Assembly (NCBI GenBank): GCA_963820625.1
Contig: CAWGAV010000020.1
Span: forward strand, 138-64,137
Direction of reading: 5' to 3'
Length of the DNA stretch: 64,000 nucleotides
Source: an uncultured delta proteobacterium
Lineage (GTDB): Bacteria > Desulfobacterota > BSN033 > UBA1163
The position numbers and the translations under genes are program-made. The stretch's first letter is position 1, and each line of letters starts with the position of its first letter. Below, in pieces: positions 47,086 through 55,563 of this stretch. The notes under the pieces are model-generated. The model ran no database searches, had not been told where the DNA came from, and saw nothing but the letters and a program-made list of their open reading frames with translations.

Positions 47086-47486
47086 TTCTTTTCTGTTGGG
47101 TAATTGGCCTTAGACCATTCCCACCAGCCACCTTTGAGGGCATAAACCTTCGTGTATCCCATTCCCATCAGCTTTTGTGCCACACTGGCACTGGTCCCTT
47201 CTCGGGGTCAGGCACAGTAGAAAACGAGTGTCTTATCCTTGGGATATTTGTTTGCCCAGGAGTCAAAAGCTTCTGGGTCTTCTCGAACAGCACCCTTAAT
47301 TTTCAAGTCACTATCTGTCCAGTCCCTGCCGTAACGGACATCTATGATAATTAAATCAGGGTTGCCCAGCATTGCCTTGAGTTCATCCTTTGTCATCCTG
47401 GGGGCATCCGCAGATTTGGCAAATGTTGTTAAAACCACAACTGTAAAAAAAATAAATAAGGCGCCTATGAATAATCTCTTTTTCAT
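47082..47486 (-). CDS. secreted single-domain rhodanese with in-frame UGA in the active-site loop (candidate selenoprotein)
   Basis: Tracked ORF 47208..47486 ends ...KDKTLVFYCA-[TGA 47208-47210]. The same frame continues PREGTSASVAQKLMGMGYTKVYALKGGWWEWSKANYPTEKK to TGA 47082. Hairpin GUGCCA-GUG-UGGCAC starts 16 nt 3' of the UGA (47177-47191). Confidence 0.55.
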
Positions 47487-47638
47487 CCTATACCTCCTTG
47501 GGTGAATGACAAAATTCCTTCAAACAAAAAGTTAAATATAACTTAAACTTAACAGACGAGTACCTCAAAATCAATAGGAAGGCGCATAAAAATCGCTTGT
47601 TTAGGTATAGAAATTTTGGTATCTATATAACATTCGAA

Positions 47639-47699
47639 GGTGGAAAGTGGAGGGTAGAGAGTGGAATTTTTTATCCACTATCCACATTCTACTTTCCAC
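47639..47699. repeat. imperfect hairpin with GTGGAAAG-type arms in the divergent promoter region
   Basis: ggtggaaagtggagggtagagagtggaa-tttttt-atccactatccacattctactttccac. Confidence 0.6.
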
Positions 47700-47726
47700 T
47701 TTTAAAATTGAAGGAGGTGGTGGGTA

Positions 47727-48854
47727 ATGATTACAGTCCCAGCCCATAAGGTAAGGCAATTTGGAGTGGAGTTCTATCAAACCTCTTTTACATCTGGCGA
47801 TATCCAGAAGTTGGTTAAATTTGAAGTATTAAATTATCCAGCAGTTGGGGAAGAGGAGAAACGACGAAAAGCTGGAAAAACCTCAGCCATCAACTGGGAG
47901 TTGCTGGAAAAACGGATCGGGAGGAGTGAGGCTGCTTTTCAGAGGCCGATGATTCGGAAGAAGATTCGTGAATTGGTCCAATATTATTTGGATTGTCAGG
48001 AGGCCCGAAATCTGCCTGCCATCCCAGGAGCCGTGATCATGATTACAGAGAAACGGCTCAAATTTTCACCCGCCGGGAAGAATCCCAACTTGGGGATGCT
48101 TCAGATCCCAGAGGAGACTGGAATCCTGAGGTGTCTGGATGGTCAGCACCGGCTGTTAGCCCTCAGCGCTCAAACCGAAAAAGATGTGGAGATTGATGTC
48201 CCGGCCGTTCTCTTCGACAGCCTGGACCCTCGCCAGACCGTAGAACTTTTTGTTACGATCAACGCCAAGCATACACGACTCAATCCCTCCCATCTGATTT
48301 CATTGGCGGGTCGAAGGCTTTATGCCGACCGGTATCAGGCATTGGCTCATGACATCATTCGTGAGCTCAATGAGGAGGAGAGTTCTCCCTTGAGGGGAGA
48401 GATTAAAATATTGGGTGTCGGGAAGGGCAGGGTTTCCCAGGCCTCCCTGGCCGATGAGATGGTGGACCTTTTTAGTAACATCGAGAAACTTGGAGGGAAG
48501 GAGCGATTCAAGGGATTTGAGCAGAACGGAAAACGATTTTTTCTGAATTACTTTAAGGCAATTCTGGCACTCTTCCCAAAGGCTTGGGCAGGTCGAAAAT
48601 ATAGCATTAAAACCGGAGCAGCCCTTCGAGCCTTAATTCGTGTGAGCCCTGATATCATGTCACGATCGAAGGAGTTGAAAAATGATTCCTTCGACTATTT
48701 TGGCATTCGAGAGGCGATCAAACCCTGGGGCGAGAGGATTGGAGAAGGTCGGTTCGAGACGGAAGGAGAGTGGCGGAGGAAATTGGCAGGAGGGACCCGG
48801 GGGACAGTAGAACTTCTCACTCGGGAACTTCGAGATGCCTTAAAGGTTTCTTAA
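47727..48854 (+). CDS. DGQHR-domain (DndB-like, ParB/Srx-fold) protein
   Basis: Literal DGQHR motif (ILRCLDGQHRLLAL), followed by LFVTINAKHTRLNPSHL. 375 aa. Confidence 0.8.
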   Translation: MITVPAHKVRQFGVEFYQTSFTSGDIQKLVKFEVLNYPAVGEEEKRRKAGKTSAINWELLEKRIGRSEAAFQRPMIRKKIRELVQYYLDCQEARNLPAIPGAVIMITEKRLKFSPAGKNPNLGMLQIPEETGILRCLDGQHRLLALSAQTEKDVEIDVPAVLFDSLDPRQTVELFVTINAKHTRLNPSHLISLAGRRLYADRYQALAHDIIRELNEEESSPLRGEIKILGVGKGRVSQASLADEMVDLFSNIEKLGGKERFKGFEQNGKRFFLNYFKAILALFPKAWAGRKYSIKTGAALRALIRVSPDIMSRSKELKNDSFDYFGIREAIKPWGERIGEGRFETEGEWRRKLAGGTRGTVELLTRELRDALKVS

Positions 48855-48976
48855 AAAGACATGCATTTGCGAACGCTACATGATTATAAAAACGTACACG
48901 GATTACGTGACACTCCCGCAGGCAGCCTGCCTGCGGTAGGCAGGGTCACGTTATTTTATTAGAGAGGAGAATGTGG

Positions 48977-50182
48977 ATGAAGCGATATTTCATCATCGGG
49001 AATGGAGTAGCGGGTGCGAGAGCAGCGGTCAAAATCAGGGAGGCGGATCAGAAGGGAGAAATCCGCATTTTTACAGAAGAGGCTTATCCATTTTATTACC
49101 GGGTACGATTTCCAGAGTACGTCGCAGGAGAGGTGACCATTCAGAACCTCACTATCCATACTAAGGAGTGGTATCAAAGCAAGGAAATCTTGATCCATTT
49201 AGAGGAGGGAATTACAGAGGTCAATGCCCCCAAAAAGGAGGTCACCAGTCAGAAAGGAAAAACCTATGCTTATGACCTCCTGCTCATGGCAACCGGTGGT
49301 AATGCCTTTGTACCGCCGATTAAAGGGACGGAGAAGAAAGGCGTCTTCACCCTTCGGACGATGAAAGATGCAATCGGTATGAAGGAGTTTTCAGGTGGGG
49401 TAAAACAGGCGATCCTTGTCGGTGGAGGGCTCGTTGGGTTGGAAACAGGTGGGGCTCTGTTGAGACGGGGAATCAAGGTAGCCGTCATTGAGCATAATCC
49501 CAGGATCCTTCCAAGGCAGATGGATCCTGACGGAGCTAAAATCCTGCAGGGAAAAATGGAGTCAATGGGGTTTTCCTTTTTCCTCAATAGCCAATCTGAA
49601 GAAATGATTGGAAAGGAAACAGTGGAGGGATTGCGCCTTAAGGATGGAAGGACAGTCGAAGGCCAGATGGTCATCATCTCAGCCGGTGTGAAGCCGAATA
49701 TCAAACTGGCCCAAACCATGGGTCTGGAAACAAAGAATGGAATTTTGGTCAATGATCGATTGGAGACGAAAATCGAGGGAATCTTTGCAGCAGGAGATGT
49801 TGCAGAACATCGAGGGCGCGTTTATGGAATCTGGCCAGCTGCTCAGAGACAAGGGGAGACGGCTGGAGTCAATATGTCAGGGGGAAATGTCCTCTACGAA
49901 GGAACAGTGGTTTCGAATACACTGAAGGTAGTGGGAATAGACCTGACTGCTTCAGGGGACATCGATGCTGAAGGGAAATTGGAGAGTGTGGTGAAAAGTG
50001 ATAGGGAGAAGAGCATCTACCGAAAGGTGACTTTTAAAGAGGATAAAATCGTCGGCTGCATCCTCCTTGGGAATATCAAGGGGAATTCCGAAATCCTCAA
50101 CGCCATTGAAAAGCAGGTGAATGTGAAGGCTTTGAAGGGTCTTATTTTAGAGGATGATTTCGATTTTAAAAAGCTGAAATAG
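48977..50182 (+). CDS. FAD-dependent pyridine-nucleotide-disulfide-type oxidoreductase (NADH oxidase / rubredoxin-reductase-like)
   Basis: Two Rossmann motifs (IIGNGVAGARAA; LVGGGLVGLETGGAL) and the AAGD motif (IFAAGDVAE). Confidence 0.8.
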   Translation: MKRYFIIGNGVAGARAAVKIREADQKGEIRIFTEEAYPFYYRVRFPEYVAGEVTIQNLTIHTKEWYQSKEILIHLEEGITEVNAPKKEVTSQKGKTYAYDLLLMATGGNAFVPPIKGTEKKGVFTLRTMKDAIGMKEFSGGVKQAILVGGGLVGLETGGALLRRGIKVAVIEHNPRILPRQMDPDGAKILQGKMESMGFSFFLNSQSEEMIGKETVEGLRLKDGRTVEGQMVIISAGVKPNIKLAQTMGLETKNGILVNDRLETKIEGIFAAGDVAEHRGRVYGIWPAAQRQGETAGVNMSGGNVLYEGTVVSNTLKVVGIDLTASGDIDAEGKLESVVKSDREKSIYRKVTFKEDKIVGCILLGNIKGNSEILNAIEKQVNVKALKGLILEDDFDFKKLK

Positions 50183-50214
50183 ACACTAAGGCTTTTAAGT
50201 GAATTTAGGCCAAT

Positions 50215-50255
50215 AAAAGAATCCACCGAGCTCATTGAGCTCGATGGATTCTTTT
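50215..50255 (+). terminator. Rho-independent terminator
   Basis: AAGAATCCACCGAGCTC-att-GAGCTCGATGGATTCTT followed by TT(GGGG). Confidence 0.65.
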
Positions 50256-50438
50256 GGGGAAAAAGGGTTAATGAGGAGGAAAGAGTTATTTTCTATTCTT
50301 GGCTACTACTATACACTATCAATATTAAAAGAAGATTAAAATAAGATTAAAACTTTCTAATCTCTTACCCCTGCCTGCCGGCAGGCAGGCCCACTTTTTA
50401 CCCTGTTTTGAGTGGGAAGGAGGATGCGGAGGTGGCCT

Positions 50439-50996
50439 ATGGAAGAGGAAAGGAAGCTGACCGAAGAGGAATTTGTTCTCCAGGCGATAAAAAAATTGAG
50501 GAAAGAGCCATACCGTGGCATTCACAGCGTCTACAGTGGCTTTAATGAGGCCTTCAGAAAATATTTCGAGACCAATCCGGTTGAGGCCACTTCCAGATTG
50601 GCTGCTGAGGGAAAGATAGAGATAAGGCCCTTTAAAGGAGGAGCAATGCTTTTTCTTCCTGGAGAGGCTCCGAAAAGACTTTCAGCTGAAGAAATCATTC
50701 AATTGATATTGGAATCTGGGAGCCGATCCCTTTCGGAAGAGGAGTTCGTCATCGAGGGGGTAAAAAAATTAAGAAGAGCACCTTACAAAGGGATCCACAG
50801 CGTCTTCAGCGGGTTCAATGATGCCTTCCGAAAGCATTTCAACAAAGACCCGATCGAACTCACCAGCAAAATGGCCTCAGCGGGAAAGATCGAAATCCTC
50901 CCATTAAGGAGTGGCAAAGGGGTGATGCTCTATCTTCCAGGAGAAGGACCGAGGGGGCGAAAGACCGACGAGGCACTAAAGAAGATTTTAGGATAA
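50439..50996 (+). CDS. hypothetical protein made of two tandem copies of a domain of about 85 aa
   Basis: EEEFVLQAIKKLRKEPYRGIHSVYSGFNEAFRKYF...GKIEIRP versus EEEFVIEGVKKLRRAPYKGIHSVFSGFNDAFRKHF...GKIEILP. Start chosen at the Met after GGAGGTG. Confidence 0.55.
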   Translation: MEEERKLTEEEFVLQAIKKLRKEPYRGIHSVYSGFNEAFRKYFETNPVEATSRLAAEGKIEIRPFKGGAMLFLPGEAPKRLSAEEIIQLILESGSRSLSEEEFVIEGVKKLRRAPYKGIHSVFSGFNDAFRKHFNKDPIELTSKMASAGKIEILPLRSGKGVMLYLPGEGPRGRKTDEALKKILG

Positions 50997-51294
50997 TTTC
51001 GAAAAACCAAACCACAAACCGGTGGAATTGAAATCTGGTTGTGAAAGTTAGATTTGACCTTTGGGAACCTTAAGTTTAGTGTTGATTTCTTCCTGTAATC
51101 CTCGGAGGATCGGATTTCCGATCTATTCAACATTTCAACTGCAAATAGAGTACTCTATTCTCTCTGGGACCTTTGACACTAATCACTCAGCAGGTCAAGA
51201 GAAGTTAGAAAATTCTAATTCTATTTTAATCTTGTTTTAATCCTGATTGTGAATACTGTGGTCTGGAATAAAATTTTAGAGGAAAGGATTCGTG

Positions 51295-51456
51295 ATGGTT
51301 GCCTACGAATTTTATTTTCGTCTCAAAACAAGGGCTGAACAATTGATCGGGATACTACCCGAGAGAAGAAGGGATTCAGAAAGAGTAACTCGGCAGTCAA
51401 TCATGAATTGGATAACGAAGGTTTTATCTGATCATTCAAATGCAGAGTCGAATTAG
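51295..51456 (+). CDS. possible 53-aa protein
   Basis: MVAYEFYFRLKTRAEQLIGILPERRRDSERVTRQSIMNWITKVLSDHSNAESN. Purine-rich stretch upstream. Below the ORF-track length cut-off. Confidence 0.3.
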   Translation: MVAYEFYFRLKTRAEQLIGILPERRRDSERVTRQSIMNWITKVLSDHSNAESN

Positions 51457-51568
51457 ATCTATTTTATTCGGGTAAAATTTTAATCCAGAAATCAATGAAA
51501 GCAACAATTATATGGCGTTTGGGCCAGTCTTATAGGCGAAGTGCAGTAGTGGAAGGGTCACAAACGGC

Positions 51569-51889
51569 ATGAGCTACAGGCCAGAGACTCCATTTGACAA
51601 CATCGAAAGCGCGGAGCAGTTTGTGGAACTGCTGATTGAAGCGATCAATGAATCCAGGCGTGACGTGGATGCGGACATCGCACTATCGGAAAACAATCGC
51701 TCGGAACGTAGCAAGAAAGCCCTCCAGCTTGTCTCCGCCAACCTGGCGAAACTGAGTCAGGCCATGACCACCAGTGGCCGAATTTTGAAACACTTGAGAA
51801 CCTTGCGCCGACTGCTTCTGCAGGAGCGGCAACTCGACAAGACTCCGCAGACTAGAAACGGTAATCGTCAACTAACGCGCTGGTCTTAA
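51569..51889 (+). CDS. hypothetical protein
   Basis: 106-aa helical-looking ORF. The 17-nt motif copy starts 2 nt after its stop. Confidence 0.4.
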   Translation: MSYRPETPFDNIESAEQFVELLIEAINESRRDVDADIALSENNRSERSKKALQLVSANLAKLSQAMTTSGRILKHLRTLRRLLLQERQLDKTPQTRNGNRQLTRWS

Positions 51890-51890
51890 A

Positions 51891-51907
51891 GTGAAGAGTA
51901 ATAGGTG
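51891..51907 (+). repeat. 17-nt motif copy 1 (GTGAAGAGTAATAGGTG)
   Basis: One of four same-strand copies. Flanking AAGTGA...TCACTT can pair. Confidence 0.6.
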
Positions 51908-52156
51908 TATCAAGTAATCCCCTTTTGAACGCTTCCTTCCTGTAATCCTCACTTCCCACAAAATTAAGAAAGGTGTATATTATAAATCGTAATGGATTAT
52001 TTATAACCTTGTCATAATGGCTAAACGATTTTGTTCGAATCCGAGGATGACAGAATTCTTTCATTAGCCGTGGATTATTTTTTCAAATAGACGATTCACA
52101 GGCTATTAAAAACGTCCCTCTGTCTGTTTGGTGAATTTGGCTGGGAGGAAGATTTC

Positions 52157-52666
52157 ATGAAATGTAAGAGTTGTGCAATGTATGAAGGAAAACATCCCGC
52201 ACTTGGCAGCATCATTGTTGATCTTGATGGCGGATGGACCGTAAATCACTATGGGGGATCCGAAGGCTATCTGGGATGGTTAGTACTACAGCCGCGTGCT
52301 CATAAAAAGGAGTTTACAAGACTTTCCAAAAAAGAATTACAGAGCTTGGGAGAGAACATAAAGCGCACTGAGATCTCCTTAAGAAACTATTGGGAGCTCA
52401 AATTCCCAGACGATCTAATTCAACGAGTATATGTTGTCTACTTTTTTGAGTACGATTCTGTATCAGTCAAGCCAAAGGACTATCATCTCCATATTCATCT
52501 GATTCCACGCACCAAGCGCTTGTATCCACTCTTAAAAGAAGGCTCTAAGACGGTGGCTTGGCGAATTTATAAAGTTCACGATGACCCAAGATTTCCTCTG
52601 GAATACAAGAAGAATAAAAGTAATGTTCAGAGACTTATGCAATACTTGAAACACACCTTAAGGTGA
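52157..52666 (+). CDS. HIT-family (histidine triad) protein
   Basis: Histidine triad HLHIHLIPR. N-terminal Cys pair CKSC. Confidence 0.6.
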   Translation: MKCKSCAMYEGKHPALGSIIVDLDGGWTVNHYGGSEGYLGWLVLQPRAHKKEFTRLSKKELQSLGENIKRTEISLRNYWELKFPDDLIQRVYVVYFFEYDSVSVKPKDYHLHIHLIPRTKRLYPLLKEGSKTVAWRIYKVHDDPRFPLEYKKNKSNVQRLMQYLKHTLR

Positions 52667-52908
52667 GCCTATTCTCCGGTGAAGCCACATTTTATTTTTT
52701 CAATCGAAAATCTGTATTCGTTTTTCGAAGAGTAAGGGCAGGAGCAGCAATTACCTTGCCTTTTTAATTTTTAAAACTAACTTCCCGAATTTAAGATTGA
52801 CAAATGCTGAATAAATATATAAATTGCGAATAATAATCATAGAATCAAATAACAATAATCCAGAACATTTTGGCAATATAGCATCACAGAAAAAATAGTT
52901 GAATACCA

Positions 52909-53925
52909 ATGAGTATATACGATTATCGAGACAGACCTGCCTATGAATATAATTTGACCTCTTGGGAATCTTATACCAATCGGAATATATCAAAATGGTG
53001 GACAGAAAAACATGACCATTTGATTGAGCAACTTATTGCAAAATGGCAATGGCACTGGTATTGGGAGGTTGTGGATGCTGTTAAATCGATTACTCCTGAT
53101 GCTGTAATAACCAATTACAATAATGTAATGAAATTTGCAATTACACGATCGAATAACTTGGGGTTGACCAATAAAATACGTAACCCGCAATGGAAGATAT
53201 GCCCACTGTGCGGTCAACGCTTCGTTGAGGACTCGATACCCCACCCGTATACAAAGCATCTCGGAATGGAACATCTTGACTTTTGTGCTCCGTGCTTAAG
53301 TAATGCACTGTTTTACAAAGGTGACCCTAACGCTTCAAAAGATGATGTGCTAAATTATCTTCGAGACTTATCAATCGTTCTGAATGGTGTGCCATCACAA
53401 GAATTTGGGGGATCGGTGAAGGACCTTCTGGAGATGGACACCGAAGAAAAACTTGCTGTTCTTCGAGTTTTGAAAAGAAAGCCAGAAACAAAACGAGTTA
53501 AAAAATTATTTGGTTCATAGTTAAATGCTCTTGTAGAAGCAGGTATTTTGGAAGATGGAACAAGAAGAACAAGTCGTGGGACGCAATGTCTCGCCAGAGA
53601 CGGCCATGTCTGTTTATCTCTTGGTGAGAAGACCATAGATGACCTTCTGTTTGCATGTGGTGTTCCCCATGAGAAGGAGAAGTGCTATCCAAATGAAAAA
53701 TTAAGAACCGATTTTGTTGTTAACGATGTGTTTATAGAATACTTGGGATTTTTTGGGAATCCTGATTATGATGCAAAAACAGAGCATAAAAAAACCATTT
53801 GTAAAGACCACGAAGTGGAATTGATTTTAATATATCCAAGAGATCTTGCCAGTTCAAAAAGGTTAAAAACTAAATTATCTCCAGTTCTTGCGATAAAAAG
53901 CGAAGTATCTTTTGATAAACCATGA
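52909..53925 (+). pseudogene. single gene split by an in-frame TAG (53518-53520). C-terminal part resembles a PD-(D/E)XK nuclease-like domain.
   Basis: ORFs 52909..53520 and 53548..53925 are in the same frame. Read-through gives ...KKLFGS*LNALVEAGILEDGTRRTSRGTQCLARDGHVCLSLGEKTIDDLL...TDFVVNDVFIEYLG. Confidence 0.5.
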
Positions 53926-54067
53926 ACTGGATTGACTCACGAATTCCTATTAAAAAGTATTTGTAAATGAAGTAAACCAAATTCAATTTTCAAAGAACGG
54001 GTAGCGTCCCTGGCTTGTTTATTATTGCTTTCTATCCATAATCTTCAACTTTGGAGATTAGCATAGA

Positions 54068-54084
54068 GTGAAGAGTAGTAGGTG
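54068..54084 (+). repeat. 17-nt motif copy 2 (GTGAAGAGTAGTAGGTG)
   Basis: Flanked by AGAGTGA ... TCACTCT (7-bp potential stem). Confidence 0.6.
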
Positions 54085-54366
54085 CTATCCTCACTCTCTC
54101 ACCCAGCGGGATGGGGATGGAAGTGGTGACAGCACTCATCTCTAAGTTTGGGGGAAAATTTTGTGGGCTGGTTGAATAAAAGACCTAAATAATACGTCAA
54201 AAAACATATCAGATTGCGTCAATAAGTCGCAATGCAGAACCAGATGGAGTAGCATATGTGAAAAAGTATGGAATAGACGGTTGAATATTATCAGGAATTT
54301 TTACGAAGAGGAAAAACGTATCTTGGTTGTCAATGCCTATTTTCTAATTAAAATGGAGGGGAAAAA

Positions 54367-55137
54367 ATGAAGAAGTTACTTTTTGGAACAATGCTTTTGG
54401 CGTTGGTAATTGTAGTTCCTATTCCAACGATGGCACAGGTAGATATACGCATTAGTTTTCCTCTCCCACCACCCATCGTATTTGCCGCACCACCAGAGGT
54501 GATAGTGATACCTGAGACGTATGTCTACGTTGCCCCTGACATTGATGTAGACCTCTATTTCTGGAATGGTTGGTGGTGGCGTCTATGGGAAGGTCGTTGG
54601 TATCGCTCACGTTATTATAACCGGGGCTGGGGTTATTATAACAATGTTCCAAGTTTTTATTTTGATGTAGACCCAGGTTGGAGAGGATACTACAGAGATC
54701 ATAATTGGTACGGGCATCGGTGGAACTATGAACGGATTCCTCACCAACGACTTCAACAGAACTGGAGCAGTTGGGAAAAGAGCAAATATTGGGAAAGGCA
54801 AAGAACTTGGGGTGTCCAGAGCTATCAACCTCGACCACAACAACAGAGACAGGAACTAAGACAACAAAGGCAACAGCAATATCAACAGAGGCCTGAGGTT
54901 CAGCAACACCAGCAACAAAGACGACAGCAACAAAAACAACCCCAGGTTCAGACAACCCTCAAGGTTCAGACAACAGAGAACAACCTCAGGAGTTCAGCAG
55001 CAACAGACAACAACCTCAGGAGAAAGTTCAGCAGCAACAAGACAACAACCTCAGGAGAAAGTTCAGCAGCCGCAAAGACAAGAGCAAAAACCTCAGGTTC
55101 AGCAACCACAACACTCTCAGCCTCAAGGAAAACCTGA
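54367..55137 (+). CDS. secreted Trp/Tyr/Arg-rich protein with Gln-rich repetitive tail
   Basis: Signal peptide LLALVIVVPIPTMAQ. WNGWWWRLWEGRWYRSRYYNRGWGYY region. The tail contains 33-35-nt tandem repeats, so its frame is ambiguous (an alternative frame ends at 55164). Confidence 0.5.
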   Translation: MKKLLFGTMLLALVIVVPIPTMAQVDIRISFPLPPPIVFAAPPEVIVIPETYVYVAPDIDVDLYFWNGWWWRLWEGRWYRSRYYNRGWGYYNNVPSFYFDVDPGWRGYYRDHNWYGHRWNYERIPHQRLQQNWSSWEKSKYWERQRTWGVQSYQPRPQQQRQELRQQRQQQYQQRPEVQQHQQQRRQQQKQPQVQTTLKVQTTENNLRSSAATDNNLRRKFSSNKTTTSGESSAAAKTRAKTSGSATTTLSASRKT

Positions 55138-55257
55138 AGGAGGGGAGGTAGAACATCGAAAGTAGGATGACAAAAAGTTTAAAAAAGTTGCCCTCTATAA
55201 TATCTGTCGGTTAGAACAAGAAAACCCATAATCGCCGACATTCAGGATGATTTTGGA

Positions 55258-55275
55258 ATGAAGAGTAGTAGGATG
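55258..55275 (+). repeat. 17-nt motif copy 3 (ATGAAGAGTAGTAGGATG)
   Basis: Read directly. Confidence 0.5.
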
Positions 55276-55470
55276 TAGAAACAATAATCAAGGGGGACGA
55301 GGCGCAACTGCCTTTTTTGTAGACTCGGAATTACGATATTGCAGAAATTGCGAATCTGCTATATAATCGCTGTTTCCTATGCCTTGACAAAGTTGCGATT
55401 TGATATTCATATATTGGCTTGGGATGCATGATTTCTACCGGTAATTATCGGCTTCCAGGGGTATCCTGGA

Positions 55471-55487
55471 GTGCACAGTAGTAGGTG
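55471..55487 (+). repeat. 17-nt motif copy 4 (GTGCACAGTAGTAGGTG)
   Basis: Read directly. Confidence 0.5.
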
Positions 55488-55563
55488 AAGTCGACATTGC
55501 TGGCCTCACATTGCCCGTCAATTCAAGTCTTGTTTTTCACAATGGCATTTGGATAATGGAGTT

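Noticed and set aside
52020-52065. tRNA-like T-loop sequence (gttcgaatcc)
   Set aside because: The flanks do not form T, anticodon, D or acceptor stems, and no cloverleaf can be drawn.
50990-55560. Chromosomal integron cassette array
   Set aside because: No IntI-type integrase or attI is present. The 17-nt motif does not contain the attC R''/R' cores (RYYYAAC / GTTRRRY). Spacers between ORFs are longer than typical attC sites. Kept only as a generic cassette-like observation.
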